A stretch of 32,000 bases of DNA from Wolbachia endosymbiont of Dirofilaria (Dirofilaria) immitis (GTDB lineage Bacteria; Pseudomonadota; Alphaproteobacteria; Rickettsiales; Anaplasmataceae). Positions 22,001 to 32,000 of the stretch are shown piece after piece; within the stretch, counting starts at the first letter, position 1; the number at the start of each line of letters is the position of its first letter. The DNA is taken from NCBI RefSeq assembly GCF_013365455.1, contig NZ_CP046578.1, positions 60,001 to 92,000 on the forward strand, read 5' to 3'. The position numbers and the translations under genes were made by a program. Under the pieces are notes generated by a model. That model was not told the DNA's origin. It searched no databases and saw nothing but the letters and a program-made list of their open reading frames with translations.

Positions 22001-25000
22001 TGTTTTTGAGGTTATTTATGAATAATAAGTTGTAATGAGGGTAAAATCAATTTACTGATCTAAATATTAATATATTACATTTAGTGTAACAAAAATGATT
22101 CTTATATAAAAATTTTAGTAAAAAATTATAGTCTCAAGTAGTCTGTTCAAATAATATAGAGATATTTATTAATTAAAGCAATATTTTTATTGATTAACTT
22201 AGAGGATATAAAATATCTATGAAATTATTACTAGGTAATATGGGATAGATATAGATTATCTGAAAAGTAATCGGTTTTATCAATTTAATTACAAATGATG
22301 AAATAGAAATTTGTTCCTCTTTGTATATTTGACATTCATGTAATTTTTGAAGTTGAAGTAGGTGATAAAGACCTTAAAAAAATTATGGTATTTAGTAATT
22401 CAATAGTCGGTGGGTAATAAATTTTGCAGTAAGTTATCTGTACTGAGAATAGCTGAGTTAAGTGATAAAGTGTGGCCTATATACCTTAAGATAAAAAAAC
22501 GTTGAGCTTGGCGCTTGTCGTTAAAGAGTTTTTAGATTGAGTTATTCCATCCTTGAGTGAATTTTTATTATCTAATATATAAAGAGAAAGAATAAACAAT
22601 ACTGTAAAAGTATATAAGATAACTACAATTACAGAAAGTACTGTAATTTGACAGCACAACAGCAAAGCTATCTCTGACTTTAATAAATTAGAAGAATACA
22701 CTACTGAAAGTAGTTAACTGTAGGATACGAGCTACTAAAAGGTTAATGTTGCTAAGTATTATAGTAACAAGATTTCTAGATTTAAACCAACATCTACTAC
22801 CGGAAAGGTTAATTATTGAGGTATATGAAGGTAGAGTAAATATATTGTGTAGAATTAGCTCTTTGAAACAATAAGAATTTTATTTTGCATTAAATAAAAT
22901 TGGTGGAGGAATTAGCTATATAATGAAAGGAAAAAAGATTGAAATGCTGATAATAAAATTGTAGTTAAGGACATAAGAGGTGTTGTTTTCTGTTCTAATA
23001 ACTTTATATCAAGGGCTATAACTACCATCTAAGTAATATGGGTGGAGTGTTGTTTAAATTGCCAGACGGACTGTAGTGGTTACTGGAATAATGGTAGTAG
23101 AATTTAATGCTGAGTGCTTGTGTTATATGAGTGCTAGGACTGTTAACTGCTGTTGTGGGGTTAAATATTGGCCTTTGATATAGGAGAAAAAAAAGAATAG
23201 TGCTTAAAAAAAGCTGGTATAGGAAGGAAAGAGGTAAGGTGTTGGCTGAAGAAGATCCTCTACTTGATAAAGTATAAGCATTGAGCAAGGAACGTATAGG
23301 TCTTTTTGACTTAATATTTAATCAGTTATAGAAAGAGCTGCTGTATTATTCTCTGTTTGTAGATCTTTTATACTAAAACTAGTATAAAAATCTGAACATC
23401 ACTTGAAATTTGTGTGCTTTTAAACAAAAACAAGTTATAGGAGCACATTCTCTTGTTGTTTCTAGTTGATTAACCACTCACATTCATCATTCTTAATTAA
23501 CTGTATATAATTTATTGCAGCTTTGTGATAAAATTTTGCAGTGGATAAAAGTAATCAAAAGAAGAAACGTTTCTTTACTGTGTTTAGGCCTATATTAAGC
23601 ATCAAATTTTCCTTTAAATATCAATTCTGAAAACATATCTATGTTATTTTTGAATATACCTCTAAGTCACTCTATAACATTCAATATATATGTTATCTTA
23701 ATAATTTAAACCTTTGCTCTTATATTTGCTAAGCATGCTTTTCACTTTGGAGTTAAAATTGAATGCCTTTATTTCAATTTTATTCGTATTGTTTAATCTA
23801 TTAGTTAATTTTATATTAGAATTCTCCATGAGTTTTGCAACTCTACCTTTGTTTTTTTATTTCTATTAAGAGTTGGTGCTAGTTAATGTCTGGAATATTT
23901 ACAACAACTTATGTGTGTTTAGTGTCATGTTTATTTAGAACCTTGAGAGTAATATATTTCACAGCTGCTTATTTAAATGTTTTTTTCTTTGGTGCTATAA
24001 TAAAAGGTTGACGGCCATGACATTACTCCCGTCAATTGTAGTGGAAAATAGGTCTTTTTTATTATATGTTTGAGTGATGCTAATTACTGCATCTAATTGA
24101 TTGGCTAAGCAGAATTTGTAAAAAAAAGCAAAAATAAATGGGACTAGAAAGTTTCAGGTACTACTACATATTAAACTTTGTAGTTTTGATTTTGTTGTTT
24201 ATAATGCCTACTGAAAAGTGGGTAGTTCTATTTAAGTCTAAACTCTTTTAAATCTAAATATTTTGCTATATATTCAACAGCAGCAGAACCAATGCTGAAA
24301 GATTTTTGATAAAAAGATTCATCAAATTTTTCCCTTTTTGTAGATGGTAAATTATTTAGGATTTAATAATTAAGCTATAATTGGATAAACTTTCTCTGAA
24401 AGAGTAAAGGTTTTTGTGTTTAACGTAAAATTTATAAAAGAATATTAATTAAGTTATATAATCTTTTTTTACAGTTCTGCGTAAAATTTACTTTTTATGA
24501 CTAAGACGTTTATAAACTTAGCTTTAAGGTAAAGCTAGTGATGAAGGGGAACTTACTAATTGTAGGTATTAATATCTCTATTTTATGCATATTAGTATAT
24601 ATTGTGTGTAATTTAAAATGTTATAATTTTTAAGTTATTAATAAGATTCAATATAGGGATAACAGACATAGGGCAATTTTGTGGGTTCTAATTGTATAGA
24701 GTATATGTTTTAGCATCTTATTCCTATAGTATTCTCTAGATAGGTTTAGTTCTAAAATTTATTGTACCAGTTTATATTGTATTGGCACTTTAGGTACCTT
24801 ACCTTTAATTAATTCTAGCGATTAGAGCTCTATTTTATTGTTGGAAGATGGGTAATTATTAGTATTTATTCTTTCTTCAGTGCTTAGATTCTTTAAGGTA
24901 ATAAGTGTTCATTACTGCAGAGAAAAATTTGTCATGCTGTTTATTAACATATTAATTATTATTTGTATCTAAGATAGAGTATTTTCTATAAACTATTAGC

Positions 25001-26375
25001 ATGATTTATTGATGAATTTTGATGAAATTTTACTGTGTATATTTATATGATATCCGGAGTATTACTTACTTTAATTACTTATGTATATGTTACCCAAAGT
25101 TGGTTCCTAAAATTAGAGGTGAGATATTTAAAAATGAAGCAAGGTCCATACTTAATAAAGGTATTTTATTGCTAAATTTGTTTAGCTTTCTTATGATTAG
25201 AGCATTGAAAAACTTTATAAATACATAGTCTGTAACATCTGTATTAGGTGTACCCTATAGATAGGTAAGTTGTGTGTAGTATTTTGAAATAGATGCTGAC
25301 TTTAGCTTTAGGTATTTATTATTTTCCTTATATATTGGTAAAGGATGCAACTAAGCACTATAGGATAATAGTTTCTTGGAATATCACTATGATAATTGTG
25401 TTCTTACTGATTTTTATGTTCACTATTAGTATAGCTTTAACATTCTCATATTACTTTCGGTATTTACCTTGCTTTTGACTACTAGAGTTTGTAAACTGTG
25501 TGCAAGATAATGTAGTAGTAAATGCTAAGACCTGTAGATAATTCTATGGCTGTGAATTCTGGTTACTAAAATCAAAGCGTACCATAAGAAGTTAATTTTC
25601 CTTTTTAGGAAAGGGGTTGCTTTGTTGCATAGCGAGCTAGATAATCATAAGAAATTTATGTAGCTAATTTGAGAATGTGTTTGTTATGTTTTTTTAATTT
25701 GACTTTTCTAGTAGGCTACTACTTTTTTGTGTGGGTGGTTTTAATCATTTTGATAAAAATGCTCTTTGTTAAATACTCTGAATGCTATGACAGAAGAAGA
25801 GTATTTATAATACAGGTAATACATTGTGCTATTAATTGGTGGTATTGATTGTGTTTGTACACTATCAATTTTTTTTTACTTTTTTATCTCTTACTCTGTT
25901 TATAGCACTCGTGTATAGCATATTTATACCTGTAGTTGTATCTCAATTGCTGCAGATAGCTATAAAAGTAATGAAGCAGTGAAATTTATTGAAAACATAA
26001 GTTCTATTATCGTGGCTGTTATGGTGATTAACTCGGTTTTAGGTAGGTTATATCAATAAAATTGATGAGTAACAACATAACATTTATGTAAACGTCGCAA
26101 TAATTATACTATTGGATTTCTATTACTTTTTGATAGGCATGATTGCATTTAATGTTTACCTACTACTTAGCAATATCACCTATAATTACTTTTTATATCA
26201 GTTATAAAATCTGTCAGACAGTGCTAATTAGAGGTGTAAACTTCTTCTTGTTTTATTTATATCAGATTCTTTATTGACTTGTCAAATTGTGTTTTTTGTG
26301 GTAGTACTGGAACTCATTTTTACTACTTGTTTTATGCCTTTGAAGGACACAATATGGTTGATGTAGATATGTATA

Positions 26376-27497
26376 CTAATTTTCTCCTGCTAACCTTTCT
26401 GCTTCGTTACGTGAAATTAATGCTTCAATAAATTCATCTAGCTCGCCTTCTTTTATAATCTGCTCTAGCCGATGTGAAGTTAGATTGATTCTATGATCTG
26501 TTATTCTTGATTGTGGAAAGTTATAAGTTCTTATACGTTCAGAACGATCTCCAGAGCCAATTTGGCTTTTCCTCATTGTTGATCTTTCTATCTCTTTTTT
26601 TTGCCTTTCAATTTCGTATAGCCTTGCTCTCAGCACTTTAAGCGCTTTGGCCTTATTTTTGTGCTGAGATTTTTCATCTTGCTGTATTACAACTATTCCT
26701 GTTGGTAAGTGAGTAATTCTTACTGCACTATCAGTTGTGTTGACTGATTGCCCACCGGGGCCGCTAGACCTGTAGACGTCTATTCGTAAATCTTTCTCTT
26801 CTATTTTAAAATCGACTTCCTCAACTTCAGGTAATATTGCAACAGTAGCTGCTGAAGTGTGTAATCTTCCTGAAGACTCAGTTTCTGGTACTCGCTGTAC
26901 TCTGTGTACTCCTGATTCAAATTTCAGTCTTGCAAAGACTTCTGTTCCATTAACAAGTGCAGAAGCTTCCTTATAGCCACCTATACCTGTGCTAGAAATG
27001 CTTATCGGTTCAAATTTCCAGTTTCTTCTTTCTGCATATTTTTGGTACATGCGAAATAACATTGCTGCAAATAATGCTGCTTCTTCTCCTCCTATGCCTG
27101 CTCTGATTTCTAGTATTGCATTTCTTGAATCATCTTCATCTGTGGGTACTAACGCTAATTTTAGCTTGATTTTTACTTTTGGTAATAGTACTTTTTGTTT
27201 TTCGAGAAGTTCTTCTTTTGCTAACTCTTTTATATCATATTCACTGTTTTCATCTTTTAGTATTTTCTCTAAATCTGAAATTTCCTTTTTTAGCATGTTA
27301 TATTCGTTGATTATCTTAATAATTGGTTTGAGTTCAGAATATTCTTTTGAAAGGTTGATAAATTCTTTTTGACTTAAGTTAATAGGATTTCCTAGTTTTC
27401 TTTCTATTTCGTTAAACTTTTTCTTTAAATCTTGTAAATTGTTTTCTATGTCCATATAGGTCAAGTCTAATATTTTAACTATCTTAGCAAATAACAT
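26376..27497 (-). CDS. prfA: Peptide chain release factor 1
   Basis: [47 protein letters not shown] (GGQ domain) and [15 protein letters not shown]. The N-terminal 14 residues are atypical; probable start is [10 protein letters not shown] at 27455. Confidence 0.95.
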   Translation of the reverse strand: MLFAKIVKILDLTYMDIENNLQDLKKKFNEIERKLGNPINLSQKEFINLSKEYSELKPIIKIINEYNMLKKEISDLEKILKDENSEYDIKELAKEELLEKQKVLLPKVKIKLKLALVPTDEDDSRNAILEIRAGIGGEEAALFAAMLFRMYQKYAERRNWKFEPISISSTGIGGYKEASALVNGTEVFARLKFESGVHRVQRVPETESSGRLHTSAATVAILPEVEEVDFKIEEKDLRIDVYRSSGPGGQSVNTTDSAVRITHLPTGIVVIQQDEKSQHKNKAKALKVLRARLYEIERQKKEIERSTMRKSQIGSGDRSERIRTYNFPQSRITDHRINLTSHRLEQIIKEGELDEFIEALISRNEAERLAGEN

Positions 27498-27584
27498 ATA
27501 CTTAAAATAAAAGATTTTTTACATCAAGCAATAACATTATAATATACATACTGCCTTAGATATTTCTATAATAGTGCAAGGAAG

Positions 27585-28166
27585 ATGACATCAAATAGCA
27601 ATTTTATATTTGGAGCTTCAGACATAAAATCGTTGCCGGGTGAGTCAGTTCCGGAGATTGCATTTGCCGGTAGGTCAAATGTAGGAAAATCTAGTTTAAT
27701 TAACTTGCTTATAAGTAGCAAAAAAGCTGCTAGGGTTTCTTCTAAACCTGGATGCACTAGGCAAATAAATTTTTATTCTATGTATGATAATAAGTTTAGG
27801 CTTGTTGATCTACCAGGGTATGGCTATTCTTATGCAAGCAAGGAAGAAACAATACAATATTTAAACCTAAGCAAGTATTATTTAGCTCAGAGAAGGAGCC
27901 TAAGGAGGGTGTTTGTGTTAGTGGATAGCAAAGTCGGACTAAAAGGAATAGACAAAGACTTTATTTATTGGTTAATATATAATAATATTAACTTTGATAT
28001 TGTGCTAACAAAAGTAGATAAGTTAAGTCAAAAAAATCTCGATGCAATTTTAGAAAGCACTCAAAAGTGGATTAATAATGAAAATGTGTTAATCCATCAA
28101 ATGAGCACCCGTGTTAAATGTAAAATAACCAAGGTAAGAGATGAATTTTTTAAGTTTACAAAGTAA
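27585..28166 (+). CDS. engB: Ribosome-biogenesis GTP-binding protein EngB (YihA/YsxC)
   Basis: 193-aa ORF: PEIAFAGRSNVGKSSLINLL (P-loop), KPGCTRQINFY, LVDLPGYGYSYASKE (G3), LTKVDKLSQ (G4). Confidence 0.95.
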   Translation: MTSNSNFIFGASDIKSLPGESVPEIAFAGRSNVGKSSLINLLISSKKAARVSSKPGCTRQINFYSMYDNKFRLVDLPGYGYSYASKEETIQYLNLSKYYLAQRRSLRRVFVLVDSKVGLKGIDKDFIYWLIYNNINFDIVLTKVDKLSQKNLDAILESTQKWINNENVLIHQMSTRVKCKITKVRDEFFKFTK

Positions 28167-29079
28167 AAAGATGAAGAGCAGTGAATTTTCAAATGGTGAG
28201 ATATCATTTAAGCAAAAGACAGAAATATTGCTTGAAGTGCTATCTAATATACCTAACTTTGTAGGGGAAACTTTTGTTATAAAATGTGGTGGTGTGGCAG
28301 TCTCAGATGAAACACTGTTTAATACTTTTGTGCATAATATTGTCTTGTTGAAACAACTTGGCATAAATCCAGTTATAGTACATGATGGGGAGCGTGAAAT
28401 TGATTCTGTGCTGAAAACCTTGGGTATAGGTAGTAAATTTGTGAATAATATTAGACTTACAGATAAAGACACTATGAAGATCATAGAAATGGCGTTATGT
28501 GGTTCAGTGAATAAGAAAATTGTCCAGCGTATAAATTCTGCTGGTGGTTCAGCTATTGGATTGTGTGGAAAGGATGGCAACCTGATAAAAGCTGAAAAAG
28601 TAAGCACTACGCTGAGAGAAAATGGGTCAGACAATATTGAAAGAATATTAGACATGGGATTTATTGGTATGCCAATTGAGATTAACCCTGATATATTATT
28701 TTTTATTGAGGAATCAGATTTTATACCGGTTATTGCACCTGTTGGTCATGGAAGAAGTGGGGAGACATATCACATCGATGCTGATAGTGCTGCAAGTGCG
28801 ATAGCAATTGCAGTTTCTGCATCTAAGATGATCACTTTTAGTGATACAGAAGAAATAGATAAAATTGGTAGTAGAAGAATATCTATTAAAAATTTAAATA
28901 CATCAATTAATTGTGGTAAAATTAGAGGGGAAAGACTTATTGAAAAACTTATAGCATGCACTAAAATGGTAGAAGAATGTGCTGGAATCGCTCATATAGT
29001 TGATGGTAGAATACCTAATGTTATGATTGATTTATTTACTGAGAATAATTCGAGTATATCAGTTATGAGTGATTTATAG
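28141..29079 (+). CDS. argB: Acetylglutamate kinase-like protein (amino acid kinase family)
   Basis: FVIKCGGVAVSDE, VIVHDGEREIDSVLKTLGIGSKFVNNIRLTDKDTMKIIEMALCGSVNKKIVQRINSAGGSAIGLCGKDGNLIKAEK, HIDADSAASAIAIAVSASKMITFSD, AHIVDGRIPNVMIDLF follow ArgB order. Likely start ATG 28171 (MKSSEFSNG), after the engB stop at 28164-28166. Confidence 0.85.
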   Translation: MNFLSLQSKKMKSSEFSNGEISFKQKTEILLEVLSNIPNFVGETFVIKCGGVAVSDETLFNTFVHNIVLLKQLGINPVIVHDGEREIDSVLKTLGIGSKFVNNIRLTDKDTMKIIEMALCGSVNKKIVQRINSAGGSAIGLCGKDGNLIKAEKVSTTLRENGSDNIERILDMGFIGMPIEINPDILFFIEESDFIPVIAPVGHGRSGETYHIDADSAASAIAIAVSASKMITFSDTEEIDKIGSRRISIKNLNTSINCGKIRGERLIEKLIACTKMVEECAGIAHIVDGRIPNVMIDLFTENNSSISVMSDL

Positions 29080-29101
29080 TTTATACGCTATAACTTGATC
29101 T

Positions 29102-29569
29102 TTGGTATGTAGAGTGGAAAAAATTAGAGTGGAGATAAAAAAATTATTACATGGTGAAGGTTTACCTCTTCCGTGCTATGCAACTGCGCAGAGTGCTGGT
29201 ATGGATCTTTATGCAGCATTGGATGATTTTGTGATTTTAAATCCACTTGAAAGATTACTTGTTCCAACTGGGATTATAATTGCAATACCAAATGGTTTCG
29301 AGGGACAAATTCGCCCGCGTTCTGGCCTTGCTGTAAAATATGGGGTCACTATCTTAAATTCTCCTGGTACTGTAGATTCTGATTATCGAGGTGAGGTTAG
29401 AGTTTGCTTAATTAATCTAAGTAACCAACCTTATAAAATAGAAAGGGGAGATAGAATTGCACAAATCCTTATTACTTCTGTATCTTGGGTAGTTTGGAGT
29501 AATACAGAAAAGTTTTATATAGAAGAAACTGATCGAGATGCAGGCGGTTTTGGTTCAAGTGGTAGATAG
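29102..29569 (+). CDS. dut: Deoxyuridine 5'-triphosphate nucleotidohydrolase (dUTPase)
   Basis: SAGMDLYAA, IRPRSGLAVKYGVTILNSPGTVDSDYRGEVRVCLINL, ERGDRIAQILI and C-terminal RDAGGFGSSGR: the trimeric dUTPase motif set. TTG start in track; GTG at 29114 is an alternative. Confidence 0.97.
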   Translation: MVCRVEKIRVEIKKLLHGEGLPLPCYATAQSAGMDLYAALDDFVILNPLERLLVPTGIIIAIPNGFEGQIRPRSGLAVKYGVTILNSPGTVDSDYRGEVRVCLINLSNQPYKIERGDRIAQILITSVSWVVWSNTEKFYIEETDRDAGGFGSSGR

Positions 29570-29674
29570 TTCATGTAAATGCTGCTTAGTTAGTTTTTAC
29601 GTTAAAAATTTCTTGACTGGGGTAGTTTTTACATATAGCTTTAGTATATTAATGATTTATCAAAGAGGTTAATA

Positions 29675-30307
29675 ATGTCAATTTTCAGGAATCATCGTGG
29701 TCAACTTCGCAAAATGAATGCAGCTCTTGTAGCACTTACTTCTCTATATGTTATAGGTGCAGCAGCAGCATTTTCAGCACCACATTGGGTATCTTCAACT
29801 TCAGCTTTAACTCCACTTGCTGCTTTTGCAGCTACACCGCTTGGAATAGGTATATTAGTAACTGTTGCTGTTGTATTGATTGGTTTAGTGGTGTATGCTA
29901 TCAGCAAAAATAATAAAATATCTGAGTTGGAGGCTATGAAGTTTATTGTTGATAGTGGTAATGTAAAGCTACAAGTAACAAGAAAGGAGTTTGAGTATAT
30001 AAAAAAGAATAACAAAAATAAGGATAAAGATGGAAAGGTTGCGGAAGGTGAGTACCGTATAGATTTTGCTAACTCAGAGGGTAAGGAGTGTTATGTTATT
30101 GTTACAAGCGAGAAGAGCCAAGAAGTAGGCAATACTTTGCTCTTAGATATAAGTTCACTGAGCATGAAAAGCGATGAAGGTAAATATGTGGCTCAGACTG
30201 AGATGTCAAAAATATTGGGACTGGACAAAGCTGGTGCTAAAGAGTTTAATACTTATTTAAACTCAGTTATTGTTGGGCAGGCTGTAGAGCAAGAACAAAC
30301 AAAGTAA
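29675..30307 (+). CDS. Uncharacterised membrane protein with N-terminal hydrophobic hairpin
   Basis: 210-aa ORF; hydrophobic MNAALVALTSLYVIGAAAAFS and PLGIGILVTVAVVLIGLVVYAI, then a polar soluble domain; followed directly by a strong terminator, supporting expression. Confidence 0.75.
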   Translation: MSIFRNHRGQLRKMNAALVALTSLYVIGAAAAFSAPHWVSSTSALTPLAAFAATPLGIGILVTVAVVLIGLVVYAISKNNKISELEAMKFIVDSGNVKLQVTRKEFEYIKKNNKNKDKDGKVAEGEYRIDFANSEGKECYVIVTSEKSQEVGNTLLLDISSLSMKSDEGKYVAQTEMSKILGLDKAGAKEFNTYLNSVIVGQAVEQEQTK

Positions 30308-30323
30308 GTAGTATGGCTAAGTA

Positions 30324-30354
30324 AAAAAGAGGTAGATCAAGTCTACCTCTTTTT
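30324..30354 (+). terminator. Rho-independent terminator after the 29675..30307 CDS
   Basis: Perfect 13-bp inverted repeat aaaaagaggtaga (30324-30336) / tctacctcttttt (30342-30354), loop tcaag, ending in a T run. Confidence 0.85.
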
Positions 30355-30452
30355 ATCCTTCTTAAAAGTTCTTGAATTTCAAGCACTATATTTGTTGTAT
30401 TTTTTCCTTATCAGGGGGTAGTGCTACCATGTAAGTAACTGCATTATTAGCA

Positions 30453-30501
30453 TCTAGAAAAAAAAGAAATACAGATTCTAGTGTCGCGTACTGAAATGAT
30501 G
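30453..30501 (+). repeat. Copy 2 of the short dispersed repeat
   Basis: ctagaaaaaaaagaaatacagattctagtgtcgcgtactgaaatgatg, closely matching the reverse complement of 11101-11148. Confidence 0.7.
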
Positions 30502-32000
30502 TTTATCTTTAGATTATAGTTGAAAGTATTGGAAGTTTCAACAAGTAGAAAAACAAAAAAACTGTAGTGTTGAGTTCAATTAATCTACTACTATTTCCTA
30601 AAAAATCGCAGTTAATTTTTCCTTACAGATTTGCCTAAAGGCTTAATTGATAAAGAATGTTTCAGTTTTGGCTATAGGGAAGTTGGTTGATATTTGTTAA
30701 GACCTTTTAGAAGTAAGTAGTATGAGTTGATAATTTTAAGTAAGCAGAAAAGAGATCAGTTTTTGATGTGAAAATAACAGGGGTTAAGTTATTGTAAAGA
30801 ACAATAGTTGAAATTACAGCAGCATATTGCATTCACCTGCTGCTGTAATAAAACCTTCGGGTACTAAGAAGTTAATGCTTGCCAGTTAGCTTATAAGTTA
30901 CTGCCTTGCTTGAATTAGTGGTGAATAATTGATATTAATGTTATTTTTAGTATAAAATAGACTAGCAATGAGGTACTTAAAGTAGTAGTCTCTTTTATGA
31001 GCTTCATTATTCGTTGTTTCATACCGGCAATAGTAGAAGGGGAAGAACATGGAGAAATTACTATGGCGCTCATAAAAAGAGAGCACTGATAATGTAAAAA
31101 AAAGGAGTAGTAGCGGTAAAGAGAATTCAAGCTGAATGTTATAATAAATTAGATATTAGTTATAACTGATGAGTAAGAAGTAGAACATTAGATAAATCCA
31201 TTAGGCTAGATTAAGTAGAGTTAGAATTGCTAAAATACGTGCTAAAGGAGGGTTAAATTTTTAATTGCTGAAGTACTAAACTATAGAATGAGAATATATT
31301 AGCGAGCAAACCTGTTGAATGTGCTATTTTTAAAATTATGTATACTGCTCTTGGATAAATTTAGACATTCTACTTAGGAGTAGAGTTGTAGCATTAAAAA
31401 CTCTAAATATAGAGAAGGAAATAATGTTTTTGACTCTATTTTAGAGGAGTATAAATAAGTAAGATTACAAGAAACTTCAGGCGTTATTAGTGTACTTGAC
31501 GAGTGCGCTGAAAATAAGGGAGTTACATGTATTTATAGTGACTAATCTGATGTTTACTGGTTTTCTCTAGTTGCTACAATAGTGATACCTACTCTACTAT
31601 AAATGCTTTTATGTATGTAAACTATGGTAAGGCAAGCTAAATTAGAAAGGTAAAAGAAGCTGTACTTAATACTTGTGAAAAAGATGATAAAAGTAATCTT
31701 AAGTTAACAGCAGGAAAATTTGGTGTGGGTTAGTGAGAACAACATATTAAAAGTTTTTGGATTATGTTTTAGTGAAGATTATTTGGTACAAGAGGCAATA
31801 AAAACATAAATATTTGGTAAAAAAGAAACAAGCCTACGCTCCTTTTCTAGATATTTTTTATTTTTTTAATTGATTAATATATTTAATAATTATCATCTAA
31901 TAATGATGATGCTTGTAATGTAAGAATAAGTGAATTTTGTTTACTGTTTATATCTATAAAGTAAAAGTGTTTGCATATTGTTAAAAAAACAGTAACTTAT

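Noticed and set aside
22486-25478. Short ORFs 22486..22701, 23022..23288, 25019..25228 and 25293..25478
   Set aside because: 60-90 aa, low complexity, no recognised motif; consistent with chance ORFs or remnants, so not called as genes.
26989-28961. ORFs 26989..27372, 27566..27757, 28089..28655 and 28770..28961
   Set aside because: Antisense shadows of prfA, engB and argB, including the 188-aa one; no recognisable family.
16545-30307. A novel multi-gene defence or host-manipulation system formed by the uncharacterised ORFs
   Set aside because: The uncharacterised genes are separated by housekeeping genes (alaS, prfA, engB, argB-like, dut), with no co-directional cluster or recognised effector/immunity domains; evidence supports only individual candidate orphans.
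30898-31130. Overlapping antisense ORFs 30898..31086 and 30915..31130
   Set aside because: Short, mutually overlapping, no motif support.
1-32000. CRISPR arrays, tRNA/rRNA genes, transposases, phage or secretion-system genes
   Set aside because: Read through for regularly spaced repeats, tRNA T-loop signatures (GTTCRANNC with flanking stems) and typical mobile-element proteins; none convincing. Infernal/tRNAscan would be needed to exclude divergent RNAs.

Overview
AT-rich window that looks like a chromosomal segment of an obligate intracellular alphaproteobacterium of the Anaplasmataceae (Wolbachia/Ehrlichia-like). The assignment is inferred from protein character, gene mix and Wolbachia-like short palindromic repeats; no database search was run. 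I support 13 intact protein genes (about 65% of the window): sdhA, a 864-aa ankyrin-repeat protein, pyrC, gltX, miaB, ileS, a 914-aa uncharacterised membrane/coiled-coil-like protein, alaS, prfA, engB (ysxC/yihA), an argB-like kinase, dut and a 210-aa uncharacterised membrane protein. The first ~0.9 kb is a clearly recognisable priA pseudogene with several frameshifts and a nonsense codon. Other points of interest are a dispersed palindromic repeat family (copies near 11.1 kb and 30.5 kb), an ArgB homologue with altered glycine-rich motifs, a 97-codon internal repeat in the ankyrin gene, and a 4.4 kb ORF-poor gap between alaS and prfA. I found no CRISPR array, toxin/antitoxin, phage, conjugation or defence module, and no convincing evidence for a new multi-gene system.
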